Shown: positions 39,201 through 54,530, counted from the first letter of the stretch. The stretch is DNA of 64,000 bases from Auanema rhodensis (GCA_964057225.1 OZ059899.1:17608001-17672000); one strand, 5' to 3'. A program made the numbers and translations. The notes: a model not told the origin generated them from the letters alone.

Positions 39201-42200
39201 AATCGAGGATATAAGTGTGAACTTATATCAGTTGATATCTCGGTGCATTTTTAAGCTAGCGCAAATCTGATAACACAGATCGACGCAGCTTAAAAATCCG
39301 CATCGAATGCACTATACTACATTGAAAAACGCTTAATACAAAAATTAGTTATGATCGTTTGAAAAAAGATGCATTAGTGTATGTTGAGTTTCCATGTACA
39401 CTCAACATTGCTTCCAAAAACATTTTGACAAAAATTTTTCCGAAAAATTTCAAAATAATTTTGCAAAAAGTAGATGTTTTTAGATTTCTTTTTTCAAGGC
39501 AAAGACGATGGACAAAGTTATTCAACGAAAAAATTAATTCTGCAGGGTGAAAATCGAGGATATAAGTGTGAACTTATATCAGTTGATATCTCGGTGCATT
39601 TTTAAGCTAGCGCAAATCTGATAACACAGATCGAAGCAGCTTAAAAATCCGCATCGATTGCACTATACTACATTGAGAAACGCATAATACAAAACTTAGT
39701 TATGATCGTTTGAAAAAAGATGCATTAGTGTATGTTGAGTTTCCATGTACACTCAACATTGCTTCCAAAAACATTTTTACAAAAATTTTTCCGAAAAATT
39801 TCGAAATAATTTCGCAAAAAGTAGATGTTTTTAGAATCCTTTTTTCAAGGCAAAGACGATGGACATTGTTATTCAACGAAAAAATTGATTCTGCAGGGTG
39901 AAAATCGAGGATATAAGTGTGAACTTATATCAGTTGATATCTCGGTGCATTTTTAAGCTAGCGCAAATCTGATAACACAGATCGACGCAGCTTAAAAATC
40001 CGCATCAAATGCACTATACTACATTGAAAAACGCTTAATACAAAAATTAGTTATGATCGTTTGAAAAAAGATGCATTAGTGTATGTTGAGTTTCCATGTA
40101 CACTCAACATTGCTTCCAAAAACATTTTGACAAAAATTTTTCCGAAAAATTTCAAAATAATTTCGCAAAAAGTAGATGTTTTTAGATTCCTTTTTTCAAG
40201 GCAAAGACGATGGACAATGTTATTCAACGAAAAAATTAATTCTGCAGGGTGAAAATCGAGGATATAAGTGTGAACTTATATCAGTTGATATCTCGGTGCA
40301 TTTTTAAGCTAGCGCAAATCTGATAACACAGATCGACGCAGCTTAAAAATCCGCATCGAATGCACTATACTACATTGAAAAACGCTTAATACAAAAATTA
40401 GTTATGATCGTTTGAAAAATGATGCATTAGTGTATGTTGAGTTTCCATGTACACTCAACATTGCTTCCAAAAACATTTTGACAAAAATTTTTCCAAAAAA
40501 TTTCAAAATAATTTCGCAAAAAGTAAAAGTTTTTAGATTTCTTTTTTCAAGGCAAAGACGATGGACAATGTTATTCAACGAAAAAATTAATTCTGCAGGG
40601 TGAAAATCGAGGATATAAGTGTGAACTTATATCAGTTGATATCTCGGTGCATTTTTAAGCTAGCGCAAATCTGATAACACAGATCGACGCAGCTTAAAAA
40701 TCCGCATCGATTGCACTATACTACATTGAGAAATGCTTGATACAAAAATTAGTTATGATCGTTTGAAAAATGATGCATTAGTGTATGTTGAGTTTCCATG
40801 TACACTCAACATTGCTTCCAAAAACATTTTGACAAAAATTTTTCCGAAAAATTTCAAAATAATTTTGCAAAAAGTAGATGTTTTTAGATTCCTTTTTTCA
40901 AGGCAAAGACGATGGACAAAGTTATTCAACGAAAAAATTAATTCTGCAGGGTGAAAATCGAGGATATAAGTGTGAACTTATATCAGTTGATATCTCGGTG
41001 CATTTTTAAGCTAGCGCAAATCTGATAACACAGATCGACGCAGCTTAAAAATCCGCATCGATTGCACTATACTACATTGAGAAACGCATAATACAAAACT
41101 TAGTTATGATCGTTTGAAAAAAGATGCATTAGTGTATGTTGAGTTTCCATGTACACTCAACATTGCTTCCAAAAACATTTTGACAAAAATTTTTCCGAAA
41201 AATTTCAAAATAATTTTGCAAAAAGTAGATGTTTTTAGATTCCTTTTTTCAAGGCAAAGACGATGGACAAAGTTATTCAACGAAAAAATTAATTCTGCAG
41301 GGTGAAAATCGAGGATATAAGTGTGAACTTATATCAGTTGATATCTCGGTGCATTTTTAAGCTAGCGCAAATCTGATAACACAGATCGACGCAGCTTAAA
41401 AATCCGCATCGATTGCACTATACTACATTGAGAAACGCATAATACAAAACTTAGTTATGATCGTTTGAAAAAAGATGCATTAGTGTATGTTGAGTTTCCA
41501 TGTACACTCAACATTGCTTCCAAAAACATTTTTACAAAAATTTTTCCGAAAAATTTCGAAATAATTTCGCAAAAAGTAGATGTTTTTAGATTCCTTTTTT
41601 CAAGGCAAAGACGATGGACAAAGTAATTCAACGAAAAAATTAATTCTGCAGGGTGAAAATCGAGGATATAAGTGTGAACTTATATCAGTTGATATCTCGG
41701 TGCATTTTTAAGCTAGCGCAAATCTGATAACACAGATCGACGCAGCTTAAAAATCCGCATCGATTGCACTATACTACATTGAGAAACGCATAATACAAAA
41801 CTTAGTTATGATCGTTTGAAAAAAGATGCATTAGTGTATGTTGAGTTTCCATGTACACTCAACATTGCTTCCAAAAACATTTTTACAAAAATTTTTCCGA
41901 AAAATTTCGAAATAATTTCGCAAAAAGTAGATGTTTTTAGATTCCTTTTTTCAAGGCAAAGACGATGGACAAAGTAATTCAACGAAAAAATTAATTCTGC
42001 AGGGTGAAAATCGAGGATATAAGTGTGAACTTATATCAGTTGATATCTCGGTGCATTTTTAAGCTAGCGCAAATCTGATAACACAGATCGACGCAGCTTA
42101 AAAATCCGCATCGATTGCACTATACTACATTGAGAAATGCTTGATACAAAAATTAGTTATGATCGTTTGAAAAAAGATGCATTAGTGTATGTTGAGTTTC

Positions 42201-45200
42201 CATGTACACTCAACATTGCTTCCAAAAACATTTTGACAAAAATTTTTCCGAAAAATTTCAAAATAATTTTGCAAAAAGTAGATGTTTTTAGATTCCTTTT
42301 TTCAAGGCAAAGACGATGGACAAAGTTATTCAACGAAAAAATTAATTCTGCAGGGTGAAAATCGAGGATATAAGTGTGAACTTATATCAGTTGATATCTC
42401 GGTGCATTTTTAAGCTAGCGCAAATCTGATAACACAGATCGACGCAGCTTAAAAATCCGCATCGAATGCACTATACTACATTGAGAAACGCTTAATACAA
42501 AACTTAGTTATGATCGTTTGAAAAATGATGCATTAGTGTATGTTGAGTTTCCATGTACACTCAACATTGCTTCCAAAAACATTTTGACAAAAATTTTTCC
42601 GAAAAATTTCAAAATAATTTCGCAAAAAGTAGATGTTTTTAGATTTCTTTTTTCAAGGCAAAGACGATGGACAAAGTTATTCAACGAAAAAATTAATTCT
42701 GCAGGGTGAAAATCGAGGATATAAGTGTGAACTTATATCAGTTGATATCTCGGTGCATTTTTAAGCTAGCGCAAATCTGATAACACAGATCGACGCAGCT
42801 CAAAAATCCGCATCGAATGCACTATACTACATTGAGAAACGCTTAATACAAAACTTAGTTATGATCGTTTGAAAAATGATGCATTAGTGTATGTTGAGTT
42901 TCCATGTACACTCAACATTGCTTCCAAAAACATTTTTACAAAAATTTTTCCGAAAAATTTCGAAATAATTTCGCAAAAAGTAGATGTTTTTAGATTCCTT
43001 TTTTCAAGGCAAAGACGATGGACATTGTTATTCAACGAAAAAATTGATTCTGCAGGGTGAAAATCGAGGATATAAGTGTGAACTTATATCAGTTGATATC
43101 TCGGTGCATTTTTAAGCTAGCGCAAATCTGATAACACAGATCGACGCAGCTTAAAAATCCGCATCGAATGCACTATACAACATTGAGAAACGCTTAATAC
43201 AAAAATTAGTTATGATCGTTTGAAAAATGATGCATTAGTGTATGTTGAGTTTCCATGTACACTCAACATTGCTTCCAAAAACATTTTGACAAAAATTTTT
43301 CCGAAAAATTTCGAAATAATTTCGCAAAAAGTAGATGTTTTCAGATTTCTTTTTTCAAGGCAAAGACGATGGACATTGTTATTCAACGAAAAAATTGATT
43401 CTGCAGGGTGAAAATCGAGGATATAAGTGTGAACTTATATCAGTTGATATCTCGGTGCATTTTTAAGCTAGCGCAAATCTGATAACACAGATCGACGCAG
43501 CTTAAAAATCCGCATCGATTGCACTATACTACATTGAGAAACGCTTAATACAAAACTTAGTTATGATCGTTTGAAAAAAGATGCATTAGTGTATGTTGAG
43601 TTTCCATGTACACTCAACATTGCTTCCAAAAACATTTTTACAAAAATTTTTCCGAAAAATTTCGAAATAATTTCGCAAAAAGTAGATGTTTTTAGATTCC
43701 TTTTTTCAAGGCAAAGACGATGGACATTGTTATTCAACGAAAAAATTGATTCTGCAGGGTGAAAATCGAGGATATAAGTGTGAACTTATATCAGTTGATA
43801 TCTCGGTGCATTTTTAAGCTAGCGCAAATCTGATAACACAGATCGACGCAGCTTAAAAATCCGCATCGAATGCACTATACAACATTGAGAAACGCTTAAT
43901 ACAAAAATTAGTTATGATCGTTTGAAAAATGATGCATTAGTGTATGTTGAGTTTCCATGTACACTCAACATTGCTTCCAAAAACATTTTGACAAAAATTT
44001 TTCCGAAAAATTTCGAAATAATTTCGCAAAAAGTAGATGTTTTCAGATTTCTTTTTTCAAGGCAAAGACGATGGACATTGTTATTCAACGAAAAAATTGA
44101 TTCTGCAGGGTGAAAATCGAGGATATAAGTGTGAACTTATATCAGTTGATATCTCGGTGCATTTTTAAGCTAGCGCAAATCTGATAACACAGATCGACGC
44201 AGCTTAAAAATCCGCATCGATTGCACTATACTACATTGAGAAACGCTTAATACAAAACTTAGTTATGATCGTTTGAAAAAAGATGCATTAGTGTATGTTG
44301 AGTTTCCATGTACACTCAACATTGCTTCCAAAAACATTTTTACAAAAATTTTTCCGAAAAATTTCGAAATAATTTCGCAAAAAGTAGATGTTTTTAGATT
44401 CCTTTTTTCAAGGCAAAGACGATGGACATTGTTATTCAACGAAAAAATTGATTCTGCAGGGTGAAAATCGAGGATATAAGTGTGAACTTATATCAGTTGA
44501 TATCTCGGTGCATTTTTAAGCTAGCGCAAATCTGATAACACAGATCGACGCAGCTTAAAAATCCGCATCGATTGCACTATACTACATTGAGAAATGCTTG
44601 ATACAAAAATTAGTTATGATCGTTTGAAAAAAGATGCATTAGTGTATGTTGAGTTTCCATGTACACTCAACATTGCTTCCAAAAACATTTTGACAAAAAT
44701 TTTTCCGAAAAATTTCAAAATAATTTTGCAAAAAGTAGATGTTTTTAGATTCCTTTTTTCAAGGCAAAGACGATGGACAAAGTTATTCAACGAAAAAATT
44801 AATTCTGCAGGGTGAAAATCGAGGATATAAGTGTGAACTTATATCAGTTGATATCTCGGTGCATTTTTAAGCTAGCGCAAATCTGATAACACAGATCGAC
44901 GCAGCTTAAAAATCCGCATCGATTGCACTATACTACATTGAGAAACGCTTAATACAAAACTTAGTTATGATCGTTTGAAAAAAGATGCATTAGTGTATGT
45001 TGAGTTTCCATGTACACTCAACATTGCTTCCAAAAACATTTTTACAAAAATTTTTCCGAAAAATTTCGAAATAATTTCGCAAAAAGTAGATGTTTTTAGA
45101 TTCCTTTTTTCAAGGCAAAGACGATGGACATTGTTATTCAACGAAAAAATTGATTCTGCAGGGTGAAAATCGAGGATATAAGTGTGAACTTATATCAGTT

Positions 45201-46799
45201 GATATCTCGGTGCATTTTTAAGCTAGCGCAAATCTGATAACACAGATCGACGCAGCTTAAAAATCCGCATCGATTGCACTATACTACATTGAGAAATGCT
45301 TGATACAAAAATTAGTTATGATCGTTTGAAAAATGATGCATTAGTGTATGTTGAGTTTCCATGTACACTCAACATTGCTTCCAAAAACATTTTGACAAAA
45401 ATTTTTCCGAAAAATTTCAAAATAATTTTGCAAAAAGTAGATGTTTTTAGATTCCTTTTTTCAAGGCAAAGACGATGGACAAAGTTATTCAACGAAAAAA
45501 TTAATTCTGCAGGGTGAAAATCGAGGATATAAGTGTGAACTTATATCAGTTGATATCTCGGTGCATTTTTAAGCTAGCGCAAATCTGATAACACAGATCG
45601 ACGCAGCTTAAAAATCCGCATCGATTGCACTATACTACATTGAGAAACGCTTAATACAAAACTTAGTTATGATCGTTTGAAAAAAGATGCATTAGTGTAT
45701 GTTGAGTTTCCATGTACACTCAACATTGCTTCCAAAAACATTTTTACAAAAATTTTTCCGAAAAATTTCGAAATAATTTCGCAAAAAGTAGATGTTTTTA
45801 GATTCCTTTTTTCAAGGCAAAGACGATGGACATTGTTATTCAACGAAAAAATTGATTCTGCAGGGTGAAAATCGAGGATATAAGTGTGAACTTATATCAG
45901 TTGATATCTCGGTGCATTTTTAAGCTAGCGCAAATCTGATAACACAGATCGACGCAGCTTAAAAATCCGCATCGATTGCACTATACTACATTGAGAAATG
46001 CTTGATACAAAAATTAGTTATGATCGTTTGAAAAAAGATGCATTAGTGTATGTTGAGTTTCCATGTACACTCAACATTGCTTCCAAAAACATTTTGACAA
46101 AAATTTTTCCGAAAAATTTCAAAATAATTTTGCAAAAAGTAGATGTTTTTAGATTCCTTTTTTCAAGGCAAAGACGATGGACAAAGTTATTCAACGAAAA
46201 AATTAATTCTGCAGGGTGAAAATCGAGGATATAAGTGTGAACTTATATCAGTTGATATCTCGGTGCATTTTTAAGCTAGCGCAAATCTGATAACACAGAT
46301 CGACGCAGCTTAAAAATCCGCATCGATTGCACTATACTACATTGAGAAACGCATAATACAAAACTTAGTTATGATCGTTTGAAAAAAGATGCATTAGTGT
46401 ATGTTGAGTTTCCATGTACACTCAACATTGCTTCCAAAAACATTTTTACAAAAATTTTTCCGAAAAATTTCGAAATAATTTCGCAAAAAGTAGATGTTTT
46501 TAGATTCCTTTTTTCAAGGCAAAGACGATGGACAAAGTAATTCAACGAAAAAATTAATTCTGCAGGGTGAAAATCGAGGATATAAGTGTGAACTTATATC
46601 AGTTGATATCTCGGTGCATTTTTAAGCTAGCGCAAATCTGATAACACAGATCGACGCAGCTTAAAAATCCGCATCGATTGCACTATACTACATTGAGAAA
46701 CGCATAATACAAAACTTAGTTATGATCGTTTGAAAAAAGATGCATTAGTGTATGTTGAGTTTCCATGTACACTCAACATTGCTTCCAAAAACATTTTTA

Positions 46800-48320
46800 C
46801 AAAAATTTTCCCTAAAAATTTCAAAATAATTTTACAAAAAGTAGATGTTTTTAGATTCCTTTTTTCAAGGTGAAGACGATGGACAATGTTATTCAACAAA
46901 AAAATTAATTCTTCAGGGTGAAAATCGAGATTATAAGTGTGAACTTATATCAGTTGATATCTCGGTGCATTTTTAAGCTAGCGCAAATCTGATAACACAG
47001 ATCGACGCAGCTTAAAAATCCGCATCGAATGCACTATATTACATTGAGAAACCCTCAATACAAAAATTAGTTATGATCGTTTAGAAAATGATGTATTAGT
47101 GTATGTTGAGTTTCCATGTACACTCAACATTGCTTCCAAAACATTTTGACAAAAATTTTCCCGAAAAATTTCAAAATAATTTCACAAAAAGTAGATGTTT
47201 TTAGATTTCTTTTTTCAAGGCAAAGACGATGGACAATGTTATTCAACAAAAAAATTAATTCTTCAGGGTGAAAATCGAGGATATAAGTGTGAACTTATAA
47301 CAGTTGATATCTCGGTGCATTTTAAAGATAGCGCAAATCTGATAACATAGATCGACGCAGCTTAAAAATCCCCATCGAATGCACTATACTACATTGAGAA
47401 ACGCTCAATACAAAAATTAGTTATGATCGTTTGAAAAATGATGCATTAGTGTATGTTGAGTTTCCATGTACACTCAACATTGCTTCCAAAAACATTTTGA
47501 CAAAAATTTTCCCTAAAAATTTCAAAATATTTTCACAAAAAGTAGATGTTTTCAGATTTTTTTTTTAAGGCGAAGACGATGGACATTGTTATTCAACGAA
47601 AAAATTAATTCTCCAGGGTGAAAATCGAGGATATAAGTGTAAACTTATATCAGTTGATATCTCGGTGCATTTTAAAGATAGCGCAAATCTGATAACACAG
47701 ATCGACGCAGCTTAAAAATCCGCATCGAATGCACTATACTACATTGAGAAACGCTTGATACGAAAATTAGTTATGATCGTTTGAAAAATGATGCATTAGT
47801 GTATGTTGAGTTTCCATGTACACTCAACATTGCTTCCAAAAACATTTTGACAAAAATTTTCCCTAAAAATTTCAAAATAATTTTACAAAAAGTAGATGTT
47901 TTTAGATTCCTTTTTTCAAGGTGAAGACGATGGACAAGGTTATTCAACAAAAAAATTAATTCTTCAGGGTGAAAATCGAGGATATAAGTGTGAACTTATA
48001 TCAGTTGATATATCGGTGCATTTTAAAGATAGCGCAAATCTGATAACATAGATCGACGCAGCTTAAAAATCCGCATCGAAGGCACTATACTACATTGAGA
48101 AACGCTCAATACAAAAATTAGTCATGATCGTTTGAAAAATGATGCATTAGTGTATGTTGAGTTTCCATGTACACTCAACATTGCTTTCAAAAACATTTTG
48201 ACAAAAATTTTACCTAAAAATTTCAAAATAATTTTACAAAAAGTAGATGTTTTTAGATTCCTTTTTTCAAGGCAAAGACGATGGACAATGTTATTCAACG
48301 AAAAAATCAATTTTTCAGGG
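46800..48320 (+). repeat. Island of divergent left-type 351-mers within the right array (net 1402 bp, two 1-bp deletions)
   Basis: Alleles cttcaggg/ctccaggg/tttcaggg, ccctaaa, ttcacaaaa, aaggtgaag, aaagatagc and gtcatg match the reverse complement of left-array alleles. Phase shifts by -2 (48132 instead of 48134). Confidence 0.92.
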
Positions 48321-51009
48321 TGAAAATCGAGGATATAAGTGTGAACTTATATCAGTTGATATCTCGGTGCATTTTTAAGCTAGCGCAAATCTGATAACAC
48401 AGATCGACGCAGCTTAAAAATCCGCATCGAATGCACTATACTACATTGAGAAATGCTTGATACAAAAATTAGTTATGATCGTTTGAAAAAAGATGCATTA
48501 GTGTATGTTGAGTTTCCATGTACACTCAACATTGCTTCCAAAAACATTTTGACAAAAATTTTTCCGAAAAATTTCAAAATAATTTTGCAAAAAGTAGATG
48601 TTTTTAGATTCCTTTTTTCAAGGCAAAGACGATGGACAAAGTTATTCAACGAAAAAATTAATTCTGCAGGGTGAAAATCGAGGATATAAGTGTGAACTTA
48701 TATCAGTTGATATCTCGGTGCATTTTTAAGCTAGCGCAAATCTGATAACACAGATCGACGCAGCTTAAAAATCCGCATCGAATGCACTATACTACATTGA
48801 AAAACGCTTAATACAAAAATTAGTTATGATCGTTTGAAAAAAGATGCATTAGTGTATGTTGAGTTTCCATGTACACTCAACATTGCTTCCAAAAACATTT
48901 TGACAAAAATTTTTCCGAAAAATTTCAAAATAATTTTGCAAAAAGTAGATGTTTTTAGATTCCTTTTTTCAAGGCAAAGACGATGGACAAAGTTATTCAA
49001 CGAAAAAATTAATTCTGCAGGGTGAAAATCGAGGATATAAGTGTGAACTTATATCAGTTGATATCTCGGTGCATTTTTAAGCTAGCGCAAATCTGATAAC
49101 ACAGATCGACGCAGCTTAAAAATTCGCATCGATTGCACTATACTACATTGAGAAACGCATAATACAAAACTTAGTTATGATCGTTTGAAAAAAGATGCAT
49201 TAGTGTATGTTGAGTTTCCATGTACACTCAACATTGCTTCCAAAAACATTTTTACAAAAATTTTTCCGAAAAATTTCGAAATAATTTCGCAAAAAGTAGA
49301 TGTTTTTAGAATCCTTTTTTCAAGGCAAAGACGATGGACATTGTTATTCAACGAAAAAATTGATTCTGCAGGGTGAAAATCGAGGATATAAGTGTGAACT
49401 TATATCAGTTGATATCTCGGTGCATTTTTAAGCTAGCGCAAATCTGATAACACAGATCGACGCAGCTTAAAAATCCGCATCAAATGCACTATACTACATT
49501 GAAAAACGCTTAATACAAAAGTTAGTTATGATCGTTTGAAAAAAGATGCATTAGTGTATGTTGAGTTTCCATGTACACTCAACATTGCTTCCAAAAACAT
49601 TTTGACAAAAATTTTTCCGAAAAATTTCAAAATAATTTCGCAAAAAGTAGATGTTTTTAGATTCCTTTTTTCAAGGCAAAGACGATGGACAATGTTATTC
49701 AACGAAAAAATTAATTCTGCAGGGTGAAAATCGAGGATATAAGTGTGAACTTATATCAGTTGATATCTCGGTGCATTTTTAAGCTAGCGTAAATCTGATA
49801 ACACAGATCGACGCAGCTTAAAAATCCGCATCGAATGCACTATACTACATTGAAAAACGCTTAATACAAAAATTAGTTATGATCGTTTGAAAAATGATGC
49901 ATTAGTGTATGTTGAGTTTCCATGTACACTCAACATTGCTTCCAAAAACATTTTGACAAAAATTTTTCCAAAAAATTTCAAAATAATTTCGCAAAAAGTA
50001 AAAGTTTTTAGATTTCTTTTTTCAAGGCAAAGACGATGGACAATGTTATTCAACGAAAAAATTAATTCTGCAGGGTGAAAATCGAGGATATAAGTGTGAA
50101 CTTATATCAGTTGATATCTCGGTGCATTTTTAAGCTAGCGCAAATCTGATAACACAGATCGACGCAGCTTAAAAATCCGCATCGAATGCACTATACTACA
50201 TTGAAAAACGCTTAATACAAAAATTAGTTATGATCGTTTGAAAAAAGATGCATTAGTGTATGTTGAGTTTCCATGTACACTCAACATTGCTTCCAAAAAC
50301 ATTTTGACAAAAATTTTTCCAAAAAATTTCAGAATAATTTCGCAAAAAGTAAATGTTTTTAGATTCCTTTTTTCAAGGCAAAGACGATGGACAATGTTAT
50401 TCAACGAAAAAATTAATTCTGCAGGGTGAAAATCTAGGATATAAGTGTGAACTTATATCAGTTGATATCTCGGTGCATTTTTAAGCTAGCGCAAATCTGA
50501 TAACACAGATCGACGCAGCTTAAAAATCCGCATCGAATTCACTATACTACATTGAAAAACGCTTAATACAAAAATTAGTTATGATTGTTTGAAAAAAGAT
50601 GCATTAGTGTATGTTGAGTTTCCATGTACACTCAACATTGCTTCCAAAAACATTTTGACAAAAATTTTTCCGAAAAATTTCAAAATAATTTTGCAAAAAG
50701 TAGATGTTTTTAGATTCCTTTTTTCAAGGCAAAGACGATGGACAAAGTTATTCAACGAAAAAATTAATTCTGCAGGGTGAAAATCGAGGATATAAGTGTG
50801 AACTTATATCAGTTGATATCTCGGTGCATTTTCAAGCTAGCGCAAATCTGATAACACAGATCGACGCAGCTTAAAAATCCGCATCGATTGCACTATACTA
50901 CATTGAGAAACGCATAATACAAAACTTAGTTATGATCGTTTGAAAAAAGATGCATTAGTGTATGTTGAGTTTCCATGTACACTCAACATTGCTTCCAAAA
51001 ACATTTTTA

Positions 51010-54000
51010 CAAAAATTTTTCCGAAAAATTTCGAAATAATTTCGCAAAAAGTAGATGTTTTTAGAATCCTTTTTTCAAGGCAAAGACGATGGACATTGTT
51101 ATTCAACGAAAAAATTGATTCTGCAGGGTGAAAATCGAGGATATAAGTGTGAACTTATATCAGTTGATATCTCGGTGCATTTTTAAGCTAGCGCAAATCT
51201 GATAACACAGATCGACGCAGCTTAAAAATCCGCATCAAATGCACTATACTACATTGAAAAACGCTTAATACAAAAATTAGTTATGATCGTTTGAAAAAAG
51301 ATGCATTAGTGTATGTTGAGTTTCCATGTACACTCAACATTGCTTCCAAAAACATTTTGACAAAAATTTTTCCAAAAAATTTCAAAATAATTTCGCAAAA
51401 AGTAAAAGTTTTTAGATTTCTTTTTTCAAGGCAAAGACGATGGACAATGTTATTCAACGAAAAAATTAATTCTGCAGGGTGAAAATCGAGGATATAAGTG
51501 TGAACTTATATCAGTTGATATCTCGGTGCATTTTTAAGCTAGCGCAAATCTGATAACACAGATCGACGCAGCTTAAAAATCCGCATCGATTGCACTATAC
51601 TACATTGAGAAACGCTTAATACAAAAATTAGTTATGATCGTTTGAAAAAAGATGCATTAGTGTATGTTGAGTTTCCATGTACACTCAACATTGCTTCCAA
51701 AACATTTTGACAAAAATTTTTCCAAAAAATTTCAAAATAATTTCGCAAAAAGTAAATGTTTTTAGATTCCTTTTTTCAAGGCAAAGACGATGGACAATGT
51801 TATTCAACGAAAAAATTAATTCTGCAGGGTGAAAATCTAGGATATAAGTGTGAACTTATATCAGTTGATATCTCGGTGCATTTTTAAGCTAGCACAAATC
51901 TGATAACACAGATCGACGCAGCTTAAAAATCCGCATCGAATTCACTATACTACATTGAAAAACGCTTAATACAAAAATTAGTTATGATTGTTTGAAAAAA
52001 GATGCATTAGTGTATGTTGAGTTTCCATGTACACTCAACATTGCTTCCAAAAACATTTTGACAAAAATTTTTCCAAAAAATTTCAAGATAATTTCGCAAA
52101 AAGTAAATGTTTTTAGATTCCTTTTTTCAAGGCAAAGACGATGGACAATGTTATTCAACGAAAAAATTAATTCTGCAGGGTGAAAATCGAGGATATAAGT
52201 GTGAACTTATATCAGTTGATATCTCGGTGCATTTTTAAGCTAGCGCAAATCTGATAACATAGATCGACGCAGCTTAAAAATCCGCATCGAATGCACTATA
52301 CTACATTAAAAAACGCTTAATACAAAAATTAGTTATGATCGTTTGAAAAATGATGCATTAGTGTATGTTGAGTTTCCATGTACACTCAACATTGCTTCCA
52401 AAAACATTTTGACAAAAATTTTTCCGAAAAATTTCAAAATAATTTCGCAAAAAGTAGATGTTTTTAGATTCCTTTTTTCAAGGCAAAGACGATGGACAAT
52501 GTTATTCAACGAAAAAATTAATTCTGCAGGGTGAAAATCGAGGATATAAGTGTGAACTTATATCAGTTGATATCTCGGTGCATTTTTAAGCTAGCGCAAA
52601 TCTGATAACACAGATCGACGCAGCTTAAAAATCCGCATCGAATGCACTATACTACATTGAAAAACGCTTAATACAAAAATTAGTTATGATCGTTTGAAAA
52701 AAGATGCATTAGTGTATGTTGAGTTTCCATGTACACTCAACATTGCTTCCAAAAACATTTTGACAAAAATTTTTCCGAAAAATTTCGAAATAATTTCGCA
52801 AAAAGTAGATGTTTTTAGAATCCTTTTTTCAAGGCAAAGACGATGGACATTGTTATTCAACGAAAAAATTGATTCTGCAGGGTGAAAATCGAGGATATAA
52901 GTGTGAACTTATATCAGTTGATATCTCGGTGCATTTTTAAGCTAGCGCAAATCTGATAACACAGATCGACGCAGCTTAAAAATCCGCATCAAATGCACTA
53001 TACTACATTGAAAAACGCTTAATACAAAAATTAGTTATGATCGTTTGAAAAAAGATGCATTAGTGTATGTTGAGTTTCCATGTACACTCAACATTGCTTC
53101 CAAAAACATTTTGACAAAAATTTTTCCAAAAAATTTCAAAATAATTTCGCAAAAAGTAAAAGTTTTTAGATTTCTTTTTTCAAGGCAAAGACGATGGACA
53201 ATGTTATTCAACGAAAAAATTAATTCTGCAGGGTGAAAATCGAGGATATAAGTGTGAACTTATATCAGTTGATATCTCGGTGCATTTTTAAGCTAGCGCA
53301 AATCTGATAACACAGATCGACGCAGCTTAAAAATCCGCATCGATTGCACTATACTACATTGAGAAACGCTTAATACAAAAATTAGTTATGATCGTTTGAA
53401 AAAAGATGCATTAGTGTATGTTGAGTTTCCATGTACACTCAACATTGCTTCCAAAACATTTTGACAAAAATTTTTCCAAAAAATTTCAAAATAATTTCGC
53501 AAAAAGTAAATGTTTTTAGATTCCTTTTTTCAAGGCAAAGACGATGGACAATGTTATTCAACGAAAAAATTAATTCTGCAGGGTGAAAATCTAGGATATA
53601 AGTGTGAACTTATATCAGTTGATATCTCGGTGCATTTTTAAGCTAGCACAAATCTGATAACACAGATCGACGCAGCTTAAAAATCCGCATCGAATTCACT
53701 ATACTACATTGAAAAACGCTTAATACAAAAATTAGTTATGATTGTTTGAAAAAAGATGCATTAGTGTATGTTGAGTTTCCATGTACACTCAACATTGCTT
53801 CCAAAAACATTTTGACAAAAATTTTTCCAAAAAATTTCAAGATAATTTCGCAAAAAGTAAATGTTTTTAGATTCCTTTTTTCAAGGCAAAGACGATGGAC
53901 AATGTTATTCAACGAAAAAATTAATTCTGCAGGGTGAAAATCGAGGATATAAGTGTGAACTTATATCAGTTGATATCTCGGTGCATTTTTAAGCTAGCGC

Positions 54001-54530
54001 AAATCTGATAACATAGATCGACGCAGCTTAAAAATCCGCATCGAATGCACTATACTACATTAAAAAACGCTTAATACAAAACTTAGTTATGATCGTTTGA
54101 AAAATGATGCATTAGTGTATGTTGAGTTTCCATGTACACTCAACATTGCTTCCAAAAACATTTTGACAAAAATTTTTCCGAAAAATTTCAAAATAATTTC
54201 GCAAAAAGTAGATGTTTTTAGATTCCTTTTTTCAAGGCAAAGACGATGGACAATGTTATTCAACGAAAAAATTAATTCTGCAGGGTGAAAATCGAGGATA
54301 TAAGTGTGAACTTATATCAGTTGATATCTCGGTGCATTTTTAAGCTAGCGCAAATCTGATAACACAGATCGACGCAGCTTAAAAATCCGCATCGAATGCA
54401 CTATACTACATTGAAAAACGCTTAATACAAAAATTAGTTATGATCGTTTGAAAAAAGATGCATTAGTGTATGTTGAGTTTCCATGTACACTCAACATTGC
54501 TTCCAAAAACATTTTGACAAAAATTTTTCC
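51010..54530 (+). repeat. 5-mer higher-order repeat, 1754 bp (5x351-1), two copies
   Basis: A shared 1-bp deletion (ttccaaaacattt, about 51700 and 53454) and the alleles agcacaaatc, gaattcact, ataacatagat and cattaaaaaacg all recur at +1754. Confidence 0.9.
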
